Assembly: GCA_030693065.1 (NCBI GenBank) | Contig: JAUYBL010000007.1 | Coordinates: 16,710-80,709 of the forward strand | From: Methylococcaceae bacterium | Lineage (GTDB): Bacteria; Pseudomonadota; Gammaproteobacteria; Methylococcales; Methylomonadaceae | Direction of reading: 5' to 3' | DNA: 64,000 nucleotides | Part shown: piece after piece, positions 47,895-58,129 of the stretch | Layout: the number at the start of each line of letters is the position of its first letter | Position numbering within the stretch: the stretch's first letter is position 1 | Translations under genes and position numbers: made by a program | Notes under the pieces: generated by a model | What the model was told of the DNA's origin: nothing | Database searches by the model: none | The model's input: only the letters and a program-made list of their open reading frames with translations

Positions 47895-49115
47895 ATGGCA
47901 GAACAAGCTGAGCAACTGGACTTTATCTGGGAAGGGACTGACAAGAACAAAAAAAAATCCGGCGGGGAAATCTCTGCCAAAAGCGAGGCAATAGCAAAAA
48001 CCGAGCTAAGACGCCAAGGTTATCGCGTCACTAAATTCAAGAAAAAACCTAAGCCATTATTTAAAGCCAGAGTTCAAGCCATTACGCCTGGGGATATAGC
48101 GATTTTTGCCCGGCAATTAGCAACAATGCTGTCAGCGGGTGTGCCGTTAGTACAATCTTTTGATATTGTTGGTAGAGGCCATGAAAACCTCAGTATGCGC
48201 GACTTGTTGTTAGGCATCAAAGCCGATATTGAAGGCGGAGATACCTTATCTGAGGCATTGGGCAAACGGCCAATATATTTTGATGAATTGTTTTGTAATT
48301 TGGTCAATGCCGGTGAGCATGCCGGTATTTTAGAAACCTTGTTAGGCAAGATCGCTACCTACAAGGAAAAGACCGAATCGATGAAGAAAAAGATCAAAAA
48401 GGCGCTAACCTACCCGATCTCAGTCGTTGTCGTAGCGTTTGTGGTAACCACAATTTTGCTGATTTTTGTAGTACCGGTCTTTGAAGACCTCTTCAAAAGC
48501 TTTGGCGCAGACTTACCGGCATTTACCCGTATGGTGATTGACATGTCGGAGTGGATGCAAGAATGGTGGTGGATAGTGATTGGCATCGTGGTCGGTGCTG
48601 TTTATACCTTTGGCTATTTCAAAAAACGCTCAAAGCCGTTCAATCACTTTCTCGATAAAACATTACTGAAAATCCCTGTGGTCGGGCTTATTTTAAACAA
48701 GTCCGCCATTGCGCGATTTGCCAGAACCTTATCTACGATGTCGGCTGCGGGAGTGCCATTGGTCGACGCACTGGAATCAGTAGCGGGTGCCTGCGGCAAC
48801 ATCATTTATGCTGAAGCGGTGTTAAAGATGCGCGAAGAAGTAGCCACCGGCCAACGCTTGCAGTTTGCTATGAGTCAGGCCAATTTGTTTCCGCACATGG
48901 TGCAGCAAATGGTGGCCATCGGCGAAGAATCGGGCTCGATGGACGCGATGCTGGCCAAGGTTGCCGATTTTTACGAAGAAGAAGTCGATAATCTGGTCGA
49001 CAACTTAAGCAGCTTAATGGAACCAATAATCATGGTTATTTTAGGGATTCTGGTCGGCGGCTTGATTGTCGCGATGTACTTGCCTATTTTCAAAATGGGT
49101 GCGGCTGTCGGGTAA
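47895..49115 (+). CDS. pilC: Type IV pilus platform protein PilC.
   Basis: GspF-family duplicated domain architecture, 406 aa. Confidence 0.85.
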   Translation: MAEQAEQLDFIWEGTDKNKKKSGGEISAKSEAIAKTELRRQGYRVTKFKKKPKPLFKARVQAITPGDIAIFARQLATMLSAGVPLVQSFDIVGRGHENLSMRDLLLGIKADIEGGDTLSEALGKRPIYFDELFCNLVNAGEHAGILETLLGKIATYKEKTESMKKKIKKALTYPISVVVVAFVVTTILLIFVVPVFEDLFKSFGADLPAFTRMVIDMSEWMQEWWWIVIGIVVGAVYTFGYFKKRSKPFNHFLDKTLLKIPVVGLILNKSAIARFARTLSTMSAAGVPLVDALESVAGACGNIIYAEAVLKMREEVATGQRLQFAMSQANLFPHMVQQMVAIGEESGSMDAMLAKVADFYEEEVDNLVDNLSSLMEPIIMVILGILVGGLIVAMYLPIFKMGAAVG

Positions 49116-49162
49116 AACTTCCAAAAATTTAGATTGTTTCATTTTTATGTGGATAACGCCTT

Positions 49163-49254
49163 ATACCAATCCCAATAAGTTTTTATTTAAAACCCTCATC
49201 CTAACCTTCTCCCGTTGGAGAAGGGATAGTAGGTGAACTTATTGGGATTGGTAT
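49163..49254. mobile_element. MITE-like palindromic element, copy 2 (92 bp), inverted relative to copy 1 and inserted between pilC and pilD.
   Basis: ATACCAATCCCAATAAGTT...CCTTCTCCCGTTGGAGAAGG...AACTTATTGGGATTGGTAT. It is followed at 49300-49430 by further GGCATCCAGC(G/A)GGAGA(A/G)GG-type partial repeats. Confidence 0.6.
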
Positions 49255-49535
49255 TAAATTATTCTTCCCCCTGTCTTAACCCATAGGTATCTACACAAGT
49301 TTTTGGCCCCTTCTCGGCAATTGCTCCTGCATTGCCCTACTACCTACATCCATGTAGGCATCCAGCGGGAGAAGGTTGGGATGACGACTGCAAGGATGCA
49401 GGCATCCAGCAGGAGAGGGAGTAAAATGGTTCTACAACTCATTGATTCTATATTGTAAAAAAGTTGTGTAGATAGTTATGGTCTTAACCCGCGCTTCTCT
49501 TAAGAAGAGAGCGCATATTCTTTTCCAAAATCCTT

Positions 49536-50411
49536 ATGATGCAAGAGCTAAACATCCAGTTAAATAATCCTGTTTTTTTCGTTAGCTTAGTCGGCATTAT
49601 TGGATTGTTAGTCGGCAGCTTTTTAAATGTAGTCATTTATCGACTGCCGGTGATGATGAACCGTAGCTGGCGCAAAGACTGCCTGGAGTATTTGCAACTC
49701 CCTCCCGATCAGGAAAATAACGAGCCGTTCAACCTATCCGTACCGCTATCTCGGTGCCCCCAATGTGCATCGCCTATCAAACCGTGGCAAAACATCCCTG
49801 TTTTTAGCTATCTATGGTTGCGCGGCAAATGCGCCAACTGTAAACACCCTATTTCTTTGCGTTATCCGGTTATAGAGGCATTTACTGCTATTACCTCAGT
49901 CATCGTTGCCTGGCATTTTGGTTATACATTTCAGGCTGGATTTGCATTGTTGCTGACTTGGGCATTAATTGCCCTTGCTTTTATTGATATTGATAGCCAA
50001 TTATTGCCGGACTTAATCACCTTACCGTTGCTGTGGCTAGGCCTGCTCTTGAATTTATTTGGGATATTTACTGATACGCATACCAGCATTATTGGCGCAA
50101 TTGCCGGTTATATGGTTCTCTGGAGCGTCTACCACTTATTTAAACTATTAACCGGCAAAGAAGGCATGGGCTATGGTGATTTCAAATTATTAGCTGTGTT
50201 CGGTGCTTGGCTGGGCTGGCAGACCTTGCCGATGATCATCATTTTGTCGTCATTGGTCGGGGCAGTGATCGGCATCGGCATGATTATTTTTGTTAAACGC
50301 GATCACACTATTCCTATTCCTTTTGGTCCGTATTTAGCGGCCGCTGGTTGGATTGCTTTGTTATGGGGCGAACCCATCAATCAACTTTATTTAGACTTTG
50401 TTGGTCTTTAA
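49536..50411 (+). CDS. pilD: Prepilin peptidase / N-methyltransferase PilD.
   Basis: An N-terminal tetracysteine region (CPQC..CANC), A24 peptidase TM topology and the catalytic Asp context. Confidence 0.85.
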   Translation: MMQELNIQLNNPVFFVSLVGIIGLLVGSFLNVVIYRLPVMMNRSWRKDCLEYLQLPPDQENNEPFNLSVPLSRCPQCASPIKPWQNIPVFSYLWLRGKCANCKHPISLRYPVIEAFTAITSVIVAWHFGYTFQAGFALLLTWALIALAFIDIDSQLLPDLITLPLLWLGLLLNLFGIFTDTHTSIIGAIAGYMVLWSVYHLFKLLTGKEGMGYGDFKLLAVFGAWLGWQTLPMIIILSSLVGAVIGIGMIIFVKRDHTIPIPFGPYLAAAGWIALLWGEPINQLYLDFVGL

Positions 50412-50414
50412 GCA

Positions 50415-51047
50415 ATGTTAAAAGTTGGCCTGACTGGCGGTATAGGCTGCGGTAAAAGTACGGTTACCCGGCTGTTTGCGGCAATGGATGTGCCTGTTAT
50501 CGACGCGGACCAAATCGCACACCAGTTAGTAGAAAAGGAACAGCCTGCACTCAAGCAGATACAACTGGCTTTTGGCGGCAGTGTAATTAACGCGGATGGC
50601 TCACTAAATAGAGCCGCACTTCGAGACATCGTTTTTTTCGATATTGAGCAAAAACAACGTCTTGAAGCCATATTGCATCCCTTAGTTTTCAAAACCATCA
50701 CCACAACGCTTGAAAAACTCAGCGCACCTTATTGCCTTATAGCTATCCCATTATTGTTTGAGTCAGGCAAAGCCGACTTTGTTGACCGCGTACTGGTGAT
50801 TGATTGTCCGGTTGCAATGCAGATTGAGCGAGTTAGTCAGCGAGATCATTTAGCGCGCCAAACCATACAAGCCATCATTGACAGTCAAGTCTCTCGAGCA
50901 TTCAGAATAACCCACGCCGATGATGTGATAGATAACTCAGATGCCGAAGATAGGCTTGCGGAACAGGTTAAAAAACTGCACAATTCCTACCTTTCATTAA
51001 GCGCCTGCCGGGATAATCGAGTCTGTGAACAACACCATCACCTATGA
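50415..51047 (+). CDS. coaE: Dephospho-CoA kinase.
   Basis: VGLTGGIGCGKSTV P-loop. The 3' end overlaps zapD by about 20 nt; the true stop may be read differently. Confidence 0.8.
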   Translation: MLKVGLTGGIGCGKSTVTRLFAAMDVPVIDADQIAHQLVEKEQPALKQIQLAFGGSVINADGSLNRAALRDIVFFDIEQKQRLEAILHPLVFKTITTTLEKLSAPYCLIAIPLLFESGKADFVDRVLVIDCPVAMQIERVSQRDHLARQTIQAIIDSQVSRAFRITHADDVIDNSDAEDRLAEQVKKLHNSYLSLSACRDNRVCEQHHHL

Positions 51048-51795
51048 ATTTCCACTCAACGAACGTATTCGGGTTTTCATACGGCTAGAACAGCTCTTTC
51101 AACAATTTAATCACTTTTTAACTGGACCCACCGTTGCCGATAAGCGCGCAGCGATCGCAACACTGCTGGATATTATGTCCATTTTCAGACGCAATGATCT
51201 AAAGTCAGAAATATTAAAAGAGCTGGATCGACACGCCAAAGTACTCAATAAAATCGCCACGAGCCAAAGTGTTAACACAGAAAAAGTTCATGAATTGCTA
51301 GACCAAATCTCAGATATTAGCCAGAAACTCTATGCTGCCAATGGCAAGATTGGTATCCATGTTATGGAGAGTGATTTATTTCAGAGTGTTACCCAACGTA
51401 GCTCTATACCTGGCGGCACTTGTTCATTTGATTTACCCGAATACCATTATTGGCTCGAACAAGATGAGCCGACCCGGCTTAGAGATCTAGAACGCTGGAG
51501 CAGCCCGTTTACCGATGTGCGTAATGCCATTGATCTGATTCTTAATTTCATCCGCAACAGCGATGCACCTAGCCAAGAAGTTGCCGTTGCCGGTTTTTTT
51601 CAGTTCTCATTAGACCGGGGCCAGCCGTACCAATTGATCAAAGTAAGCGTCGATAAAACCTTGTCTTGTTTTGCAGAAATCAGCGGCGGCAAGCATCGTT
51701 GCAGTATCCGATTTATGAAGCCATCAGAAGATGATAAGCGTCCAACCCAAAGCCACGACGATATCCCATTTACATTGAACTGCTGCCTTTTCTAA
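51025..51795 (+). CDS. zapD: Cell division protein ZapD.
   Basis: [19 protein letters not shown]-terminus and conserved coaE-zapD-yacG synteny. Confidence 0.8.
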   Translation: MNNTITYEFPLNERIRVFIRLEQLFQQFNHFLTGPTVADKRAAIATLLDIMSIFRRNDLKSEILKELDRHAKVLNKIATSQSVNTEKVHELLDQISDISQKLYAANGKIGIHVMESDLFQSVTQRSSIPGGTCSFDLPEYHYWLEQDEPTRLRDLERWSSPFTDVRNAIDLILNFIRNSDAPSQEVAVAGFFQFSLDRGQPYQLIKVSVDKTLSCFAEISGGKHRCSIRFMKPSEDDKRPTQSHDDIPFTLNCCLF

Positions 51796-51998
51796 TGTCC
51801 GAGTCAACACTACAGGTCAAATGTCCAACTTGCCGCCGTCCGGTACCTTGGAGCCCTGAACAAGAATTTAAGCCCTTCTGCAGTGAGCGTTGCAAAATGA
51901 TTGATCTTGGTGAATGGGCTATGGAAGAAAAAGTGATTCCAGGCGAGCCGCTAGAGGACACTCTTGATCAACTAGACGATGACAGTTTTTTTCAGTGA
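51795..51998 (+). CDS. yacG: DNA gyrase inhibitor YacG (zinc ribbon).
   Basis: [16 protein letters not shown] zinc-ribbon motifs, 67 aa. Confidence 0.8.
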   Translation: MSESTLQVKCPTCRRPVPWSPEQEFKPFCSERCKMIDLGEWAMEEKVIPGEPLEDTLDQLDDDSFFQ

Positions 51999-52033
51999 CT
52001 TTTGAGCATATCGAGCTTGGCTGAAGTAAATTT

Positions 52034-52075
52034 GAGGCATAAAAAAACCAGCCGATGCTGGTTTTTTTATGCCTC
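52034..52075. terminator. Bidirectional rho-independent terminator between yacG (+) and tRNA-Asp (-).
   Basis: GAGGCATAAAAAAACCAGC-cgat-GCTGGTTTTTTTATGCCTC: a long perfect palindrome with T-tracts on both strands. Confidence 0.7.
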
Positions 52076-52084
52076 AATTCTTTT

Positions 52085-52161
52085 TGGCGGAGTGGACGGG
52101 ACTCGAACCCGCGACCACCGGCGTGACAGGCCGGTATTCTAACCAACTGAACTACCACTCC
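52085..52161 (-). tRNA. tRNA-Asp (anticodon GTC).
   Basis: The reverse complement gives GGAGTGGTAGTTCAGTTGGTTAGAATACCGGCCTGTCACGCCGGTGGTCGCGGGTTCGAGTCCCGTCCACTCCGCCA: a 7-bp acceptor stem, anticodon loop CTGTCAC, T-loop GGTTCGAGTCC, CCA encoded. Confidence 0.9.
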
Positions 52162-52228
52162 GTTTTGAGAGCGCGTATTGTATAAGGTTTTTATTATCCG
52201 TCAAGCAAAGATAAGCACATAGATTAAT

Positions 52229-52972
52229 ATGATGGCAGCATCGAGAGAATTTGAATTTGTAGTACGGAAATGGAATGCCTGGGTTCCCGGCATGAAATAT
52301 CATCCGGATTGGCACGATTGGTTTAATAATCAAGACCCTATTGAGCCTGAACAAGCGCTCATATCCAGCAATGTACCCAAACCTCTACAACGCCGATTAA
52401 GTCCCTTAGCTAGAGCGGTTTTTAATGCTGCGGATGCCTGTATTGATAATGATGTTGCGATGCCTGTTGTGTTCAGCTCTGCGCATGGCGAAGTTAATAA
52501 GTCGTTAGAAATGCTTAAAGACATGCAACGCGGCGAGGATATTTCACCTACTGCATTCAGCTTATCAGTGCATAACGCTATTTCCGGCTTGTTTTCGATC
52601 GCCCATAGCAATCATCAAGAAATTACTGTGCTTGCACCCGGCCAAGACGGCATCGCGGCGGCGTTTATTGAAGCGCTTGGGTTATTGCAGGAAGGCCATG
52701 ATGACGTGCTGATCATTTTATATGACGAGCCCCTGTCCGAATTTTATCCATACTTACCTTTTGCCCTCACGGCCAAAACCAGCGGTGCCTTGGCATTAAA
52801 AATTTCTTGGGCAGGTGACGGCTTGCCATTGCAGTTATGTCGTTCATCCGAGCACCGTAATGATGGCGAACATGCCTTACAAATATTCTCCTTTTTAAAA
52901 TTTCTAGTAACGGATGATCAGTCTTTACAACTAGGTAACCATAGACACAGCTGGATATGGCAAAAAAAATAA
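52229..52972 (+). CDS. Beta-ketoacyl-synthase N-terminal-domain-like protein (Ketoacyl-synt_2 / chain-length-factor-like), first gene of an aryl-polyene-type cluster.
   Basis: ..ISPTAFSLSVHNAISGLFSIAH.. is the hallmark of the small KS-like proteins that open APE/xanthomonadin-type clusters. Confidence 0.5.
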   Translation: MMAASREFEFVVRKWNAWVPGMKYHPDWHDWFNNQDPIEPEQALISSNVPKPLQRRLSPLARAVFNAADACIDNDVAMPVVFSSAHGEVNKSLEMLKDMQRGEDISPTAFSLSVHNAISGLFSIAHSNHQEITVLAPGQDGIAAAFIEALGLLQEGHDDVLIILYDEPLSEFYPYLPFALTAKTSGALALKISWAGDGLPLQLCRSSEHRNDGEHALQIFSFLKFLVTDDQSLQLGNHRHSWIWQKK

Positions 52973-53739
52973 ACTATCTATGGCGGCTTTTGGCAACAGG
53001 GCTGAGTTTTTTCATCTTTGGTGCGGGCGGTTTTCTGTTATGGGTATTAGTGTTCCCGACACTCTCTCTATTACCCGGCACTTCCAGGCAAAAAGCCAAC
53101 CGCGGCCAACAAGTCGTGCATTACAGTTTTTATGTGTTTATTGGCTTGATGCACAGACTTGGCGTGATGACCTACGAAATAGACGGTTTAGACAAGTTAA
53201 ATCGCCCCGGACAATTAATTGTCGCCAATCATCCCACATTGATAGACATCGTATTTTTGATCAGCCGAATTAACCAGGCCAACTGTATTGTCAAAGCCCG
53301 GCTGTGGCATAATCCTTTCATGCGCGGTCCCATATTAAATGCTGGCTACATCAGCAACGGAGATCCCGAACAGATGATCGCTGAGTGCGTTGATTACTTA
53401 AAATCCGGCGGTTGTATGATTATTTTCCCGGAAGGTACGCGTTCAGTTCCGGGCAAGCCGTATCGATTTCAACGCGGTGCCGCAGCCATCGCCTTGCAGG
53501 CAAACGCAATAGTAACGCCGGTGATACTGACTTGTTATCCCAGCACATTAACCAAAGCGGAACAGTGGTATCAAATCCCTCAGCGCCGCTTTCATATAGC
53601 GATGCATGTTGGCGATGATTTTGTACTGGATGAATTCACCGCCACCAGCGCCAAAGCCTTAGCCGTCCGCCACTTTAACCAGCATTTACAAGATTACTTT
53701 ACTCAACAGCGGGAGCTTTATCTGCACCATGGAAAATGA
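52957..53739 (+). CDS. Lysophospholipid (PlsC-type) acyltransferase.
   Basis: The H-x4-D motif ANHPTLIDIV and a FPEGTRS block. Confidence 0.6.
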   Translation: MAKKINYLWRLLATGLSFFIFGAGGFLLWVLVFPTLSLLPGTSRQKANRGQQVVHYSFYVFIGLMHRLGVMTYEIDGLDKLNRPGQLIVANHPTLIDIVFLISRINQANCIVKARLWHNPFMRGPILNAGYISNGDPEQMIAECVDYLKSGGCMIIFPEGTRSVPGKPYRFQRGAAAIALQANAIVTPVILTCYPSTLTKAEQWYQIPQRRFHIAMHVGDDFVLDEFTATSAKALAVRHFNQHLQDYFTQQRELYLHHGK

Positions 53740-53977
53740 ATTAAAACAACTCATCATCGACGCACTGGATTTGGAAGACATCAGTATCGCCGATATAGAC
53801 AGTCAGGCGCCTTTGTTCAATGATGGATTAGGATTAGATTCGATAGATGCTCTGGAATTGGGCTTGGCTATTCGAAAAAAATACAACGTAAAGATTGATG
53901 CCGAAAAGGAAGATGTTGTGAAAATCTTCTCCTCGGTAGCCACATTGGCTGCATACATTCAAGCTGAGCGCAGTTGA
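53729..53977 (+). CDS. Acyl carrier protein.
   Basis: 82 aa with the phosphopantetheine attachment motif LGLDSIDALEL. Confidence 0.7.
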   Translation: MENELKQLIIDALDLEDISIADIDSQAPLFNDGLGLDSIDALELGLAIRKKYNVKIDAEKEDVVKIFSSVATLAAYIQAERS

Positions 53978-53985
53978 GATAAGCC

Positions 53986-54234
53986 ATGCAAACACGCGAA
54001 GAAATTCTAGCGGCGATTAAAGAAATCATGGTCGAAATGTTCGAAATCGACGAACACGCCATCACTCTTGACGCCAAATTATACGAAGACTTGGACTTTG
54101 ACAGCATCGATGCGGTCGATATGATCGTCAGGCTGAAAGAAATGACCGGCAAATCTGTCAAAGCTGAAGATTTCAAAACAGCCCGAACCATTGGCGATGT
54201 GGTCGAGGCCGTTTACAAAATGATTAACAGCTAA
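53986..54234 (+). CDS. Acyl carrier protein (second, tandem).
   Basis: 82 aa with motif LDFDSIDAVDMI. Confidence 0.7.
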   Translation: MQTREEILAAIKEIMVEMFEIDEHAITLDAKLYEDLDFDSIDAVDMIVRLKEMTGKSVKAEDFKTARTIGDVVEAVYKMINS

Positions 54235-54236
54235 AC

Positions 54237-54788
54237 ATGAACTTGCTAATCAACAGCCTGATTGGTCTAGCAACGTTGCTATACCCATTCGCTGTTTTTT
54301 TCGGCAGCCGATATTTTGAGCCCTGGAAATTGGCCGGAATCTTGATTGCGTTGTTGTTAGTCAGGCTGGCGGCCAGTGTCTCCAGAAAACACTGGAGCAC
54401 CCCATTATTGATTGGCGGTATTGGCTATGCCTTATTCGTTATGTGGAGCAATCAGTTAGGCGCGTTGCGACTCTACCCGGTGTTAGTCAATAGTTTGATG
54501 CTATTAATTTTTGGCTGGAGTTTACTATCGCCACCCAGTTTGATCGAGCGTCTGGCACGCTTACAGCATCCCGATTTGCCGCCGCAAGGCGTTATCTATA
54601 CTCGTCGCGTTACCCAAGTCTGGTGCGGCTTCTTTATCGTCAATGGCTCGATCGCTTTGGCAACGGCGCTATGGGCGAGCCTGGAAATATGGAGCTTATA
54701 TAACGGCTTCATCGCCTACCTATTAATGGGCATTTTATTTGGCGGCGAATATCTAATCAGGATGAGAACGCAAAAACATGTTCAATAA
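54237..54788 (+). CDS. Small integral membrane protein (5 TM), typical APE-cluster membrane component.
   Basis: Hydrophobic 183-aa ORF between the ACP genes and the ligase gene. Confidence 0.4.
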   Translation: MNLLINSLIGLATLLYPFAVFFGSRYFEPWKLAGILIALLLVRLAASVSRKHWSTPLLIGGIGYALFVMWSNQLGALRLYPVLVNSLMLLIFGWSLLSPPSLIERLARLQHPDLPPQGVIYTRRVTQVWCGFFIVNGSIALATALWASLEIWSLYNGFIAYLLMGILFGGEYLIRMRTQKHVQ

Positions 54789-56472
54789 GTTGGTCCCGCT
54801 GTCGCATTATCTAGTTACCCCCAAAGCCGCTAACGATGTCATTGCCACCCATGCCGGACAAACTTATTCAGCTAAGCAATTTGCCGACGCTGTTAAATTC
54901 TGGGTTAACAAATTGCAAGCTCAACCCGTCCAGCGCTATGCTTTATATACCGAAGATACCTATCCTTTTGCGGTAATGTTGTTTGCGCTGCTACATGCCG
55001 GTAAAGAAATCTGGATACCCGGAAATAACCGCCCCGGCACAGCTCAACAGTTACCGCAAGATTGTCAGTTACTAGGCGATTGGGATGCTGGCAAACCTAT
55101 CGATTACTATTTGCAGACAACAGAATATTCCTCTTTGTCTTTGGCGCCGTTAAACGCCTTCGAACCTCAATTGGTTATTTTTACATCCGGCTCCACCGGG
55201 CAGCCTGAACCGATAGCCAAATGCTTAAATCAGTTTCAGCTTGAAATCGACGCACTGGAACAACTCTGGGGTGCGCAGCTCGGCAACGCGCAAGCCTTGG
55301 CAACCGTCAGCCATCAACATATTTACGGTTTACTGTTTCGGGTATTATGGCCTTTATCTGCAGGGCGCTGTTTTCATAGTCAAACAGCGATCAATCCGGA
55401 AATTCTAATCAAATCCGCCGGATCAATACCGGCATACTGGATTGCCAGTCCGGCGCATCTCAAGCGCTTGGATCAGCATTCACCCTGGTCAGGCATTGCC
55501 GACTTAAAGGCGATTTTCAGTTCCGGCGGCGCCTTGCCAGAGAACGCCGCACAACAAATCATGACGTTTAGCGGCCAAACGGTGCTTGAAATTTATGGCA
55601 GTTCCGAGACGGGTGGCATTGCCTGGCGCACACAAGAGAAGACCTGGACATTATTTTCAGGCATGCACTTAACCTTTAAAAATGACAGTTGGCATTTGCA
55701 TTCGCCTTATTTGGTAATCCCCGAAAATTGCCAATTAAACGACCAACTCACCGTACTGGATGATGGTCGTTTTCTGCTACATGGACGTTCAGACCGCATC
55801 GTTAAAATAGAAGAAAAGCGCCTGTCCTTAACCGAACTGGAACAGCGCTTGCTGACATTGCCCTGGATAGATGAGGCGCATGCGTTGGTAATCGCTAAAA
55901 GCAGAGATTTGGTCGCTGTTACCGTAGTGTTAAGTCAATCGGGAGCCGAACAGCTAGCAACCCAAGGAAGAAATCCATTAATTAAGCAGCTCCGCAAAGC
56001 GCTTGAGCCTTGGTTTGAAGCAGTTGTGCTGCCCAGAAAATGGTTATTCGTTAATACCATGCCGTTAACGCCCCAGGGCAAAATCGATCAGCACTTATTA
56101 ACCAGTCTGCTGGACGTTGATAACCGCAAGCTCCCTCAAGCGCTCAATCTTGTAATAACTGCCGACGACATCAAACTTGGGCTTAAAGTACCGGAAGATT
56201 TAGTGTATTTTCCCGACCATTTTGCCAGCTACCCGTTATTGCCTGGCGTCGTGCAACTTGCTTGGGCGGAGCATTTCGGCAAACTATTTTTCGTTATTAA
56301 TAAGCCGTTTAGGCACATGGAAGTGATTAAATTTATAAAAATCATCCAACCCGGTGATGAATTGACTCTGACCCTCAACTGGAAAGCAAATACCGGAAAA
56401 TTGTATTTTAATTTCAGTTCAGCTCAAGGTCCGCACAGCTCAGGGCGAATGGTTTATGAGGGTAATAAATGA
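54778..56472 (+). CDS. AMP-dependent synthetase/ligase (adenylating enzyme) fused to a C-terminal hot-dog (FabA/FabZ-like dehydratase-like) domain.
   Basis: AMP-binding core motifs VIFTSGSTGQPEP and YGSSETGG. The C-terminal about 110 aa (..YPLLPGVVQLAWAEH..) resembles a hot-dog fold. Confidence 0.55.
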   Translation: MFNKLVPLSHYLVTPKAANDVIATHAGQTYSAKQFADAVKFWVNKLQAQPVQRYALYTEDTYPFAVMLFALLHAGKEIWIPGNNRPGTAQQLPQDCQLLGDWDAGKPIDYYLQTTEYSSLSLAPLNAFEPQLVIFTSGSTGQPEPIAKCLNQFQLEIDALEQLWGAQLGNAQALATVSHQHIYGLLFRVLWPLSAGRCFHSQTAINPEILIKSAGSIPAYWIASPAHLKRLDQHSPWSGIADLKAIFSSGGALPENAAQQIMTFSGQTVLEIYGSSETGGIAWRTQEKTWTLFSGMHLTFKNDSWHLHSPYLVIPENCQLNDQLTVLDDGRFLLHGRSDRIVKIEEKRLSLTELEQRLLTLPWIDEAHALVIAKSRDLVAVTVVLSQSGAEQLATQGRNPLIKQLRKALEPWFEAVVLPRKWLFVNTMPLTPQGKIDQHLLTSLLDVDNRKLPQALNLVITADDIKLGLKVPEDLVYFPDHFASYPLLPGVVQLAWAEHFGKLFFVINKPFRHMEVIKFIKIIQPGDELTLTLNWKANTGKLYFNFSSAQGPHSSGRMVYEGNK

Positions 56473-57203
56473 AAACCTGCATCGTCGTTCCCGTTTATAA
56501 CCACGAAGACGCAATTCCTAAGGTGGTGGAAAAACTAAAAGAATTTAAGTTACCGTGTTTTTTAATCAATGACGGCAGCTCATTACAATGCGCACAAGTG
56601 CTGGAAGACTGCGCGAAACGAGAGTCAAGCTGGCTGACATTAATTAACCGTCCAGAAAACAGCGGTAAAGGTGCAGCGGTACTCGATGGCTTTAAGGCCG
56701 CACGATTATTGGGCTTTAGCCATGCCCTTCAAATTGACGCCGATGGTCAGCACGACATTAATGATATTGCTGTATTTCTTGCTGCCAGCAAACAAAACCC
56801 CAACGCCATGATCCTGGGTAAGCCGCTATTCGATCCTTCCGCACCTAAAAGCCGTTTGTATGGACGACGAGTAACTAATTTCTGGATAGCAATCAACACC
56901 TTGTCGTTGCAGATTGCCGACGGCATGTGTGGCTTTCGTTTATATCCGCTCGCCGCAGTTGCCGAGTTAATCGCAACGACGCCGATAGCCAAACGCATGG
57001 ATTTTGATATTGATATTGTGGTGCGTCTTTACTGGCAAGGCGTCGATACCATCAACATCCAAACTGCCGTGCAATACCCCTATGACGGCGTTTCGCATTT
57101 TAAGATGTGGCGTGACAACGTGATGATTTCAAAAGCCCATGCCAAACTGTTTTTCGGCATGTTACCTCGCCTCCCGCAATTACTAAAAAGACACTGGCGA
57201 TGA
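56469..57203 (+). CDS. Family-2 glycosyltransferase (polyprenyl-phosphate sugar transferase-like).
   Basis: IVVPVYNHEDAI.. followed by D..D motifs (QIDADGQHD). Confidence 0.6.
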   Translation: MKTCIVVPVYNHEDAIPKVVEKLKEFKLPCFLINDGSSLQCAQVLEDCAKRESSWLTLINRPENSGKGAAVLDGFKAARLLGFSHALQIDADGQHDINDIAVFLAASKQNPNAMILGKPLFDPSAPKSRLYGRRVTNFWIAINTLSLQIADGMCGFRLYPLAAVAELIATTPIAKRMDFDIDIVVRLYWQGVDTINIQTAVQYPYDGVSHFKMWRDNVMISKAHAKLFFGMLPRLPQLLKRHWR

Positions 57204-58129
57204 GCAAATCCGCGCATTGGTCTGCTATGGGAGAATGGAGTCTGGTCTGGGGCATGCGCTTTTTATTGCGTGTTTACCTGCTGTTCGGGCGGCGGGTATT
57301 GCAATGGTTTTTATACCCGGTCGTGAGCTATTACTGGCTAGCAAATAAATCCGGCAGAGCGGCTAGTTTGGATTATCTCAAGCGCATTAAGCAATTCGCA
57401 CCAGCCGTAAACTTAAACGACAATCTTTGGACCAGCTATCGACATTTCATTAGCTTTGCCAACGCCATTATCGATAAATTGGCGGCCTGGTCGGGCGCAT
57501 TGTCTCTTACTGATGTCGACTATCAAGGACGCGAACAATTGCTCGCGGCCATTAACAGCTGCAAAGGCGCTGTGCTGTTGGGTTCGCATCTGGGTAATCT
57601 TGAAGTCTGCCGCATGATTGCCGATCTGGATAATGCCCCTCGTATTAACGTGCTGGTACACACCAAACACGCAGAAAAATTCAATCGCCTGTTAAAACAA
57701 ACTAACGAACACAGTGGGTTAAACCTGATTCAGGTCACTGAGATTAACGCCGCCACCTCAATGCTGTTGAGCGATAAAATCGACAACGGCGAATTGGTGA
57801 TAATCGCCGCCGACCGTACGCCGGTCAGTCCACAACCGCGCGTTAGTAAAGTTAAGTTTTTGGGCCGCGACGCGCTGTTTCCGCAAGGTCCGTTTATTCT
57901 GGCTTCATTGTTTAAGTGCCCGGTTTACACGTTGTTTTGCTTAAAACATCATGACAAGCACACCATCTATTTTGAACATTTCAGCGATGAATTAACCTTC
58001 CCCAGAAAAACCCGCGAGCAAGCCATGCAGCAAACCATTCAGCGCTACGCCCAGCGCCTTGAGCATTACTGTTTAATGGCACCGTTACAGTGGTTTAATT
58101 TTTTCGATTTTTGGCGACTAAATGAGTGA
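57200..58129 (+). CDS. LPLAT-superfamily (LpxL/HtrB-like) acyltransferase.
   Basis: N-terminal membrane anchor and the lauroyl-acyltransferase-like fold typical of APE clusters. Assignment is from general similarity only. Confidence 0.4.
   Translation: MSKSAHWSAMGEWSLVWGMRFLLRVYLLFGRRVLQWFLYPVVSYYWLANKSGRAASLDYLKRIKQFAPAVNLNDNLWTSYRHFISFANAIIDKLAAWSGALSLTDVDYQGREQLLAAINSCKGAVLLGSHLGNLEVCRMIADLDNAPRINVLVHTKHAEKFNRLLKQTNEHSGLNLIQVTEINAATSMLLSDKIDNGELVIIAADRTPVSPQPRVSKVKFLGRDALFPQGPFILASLFKCPVYTLFCLKHHDKHTIYFEHFSDELTFPRKTREQAMQQTIQRYAQRLEHYCLMAPLQWFNFFDFWRLNE

Noticed and set aside
50415-51047. A 23-nt overlap of coaE and zapD that might suggest a fused or frameshifted gene.
   Set aside because: Both translations are full-length and collinear with their families. 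A short 3' overlap (or a slightly earlier true coaE stop in another reading) is common in this conserved coaE-zapD-yacG arrangement.
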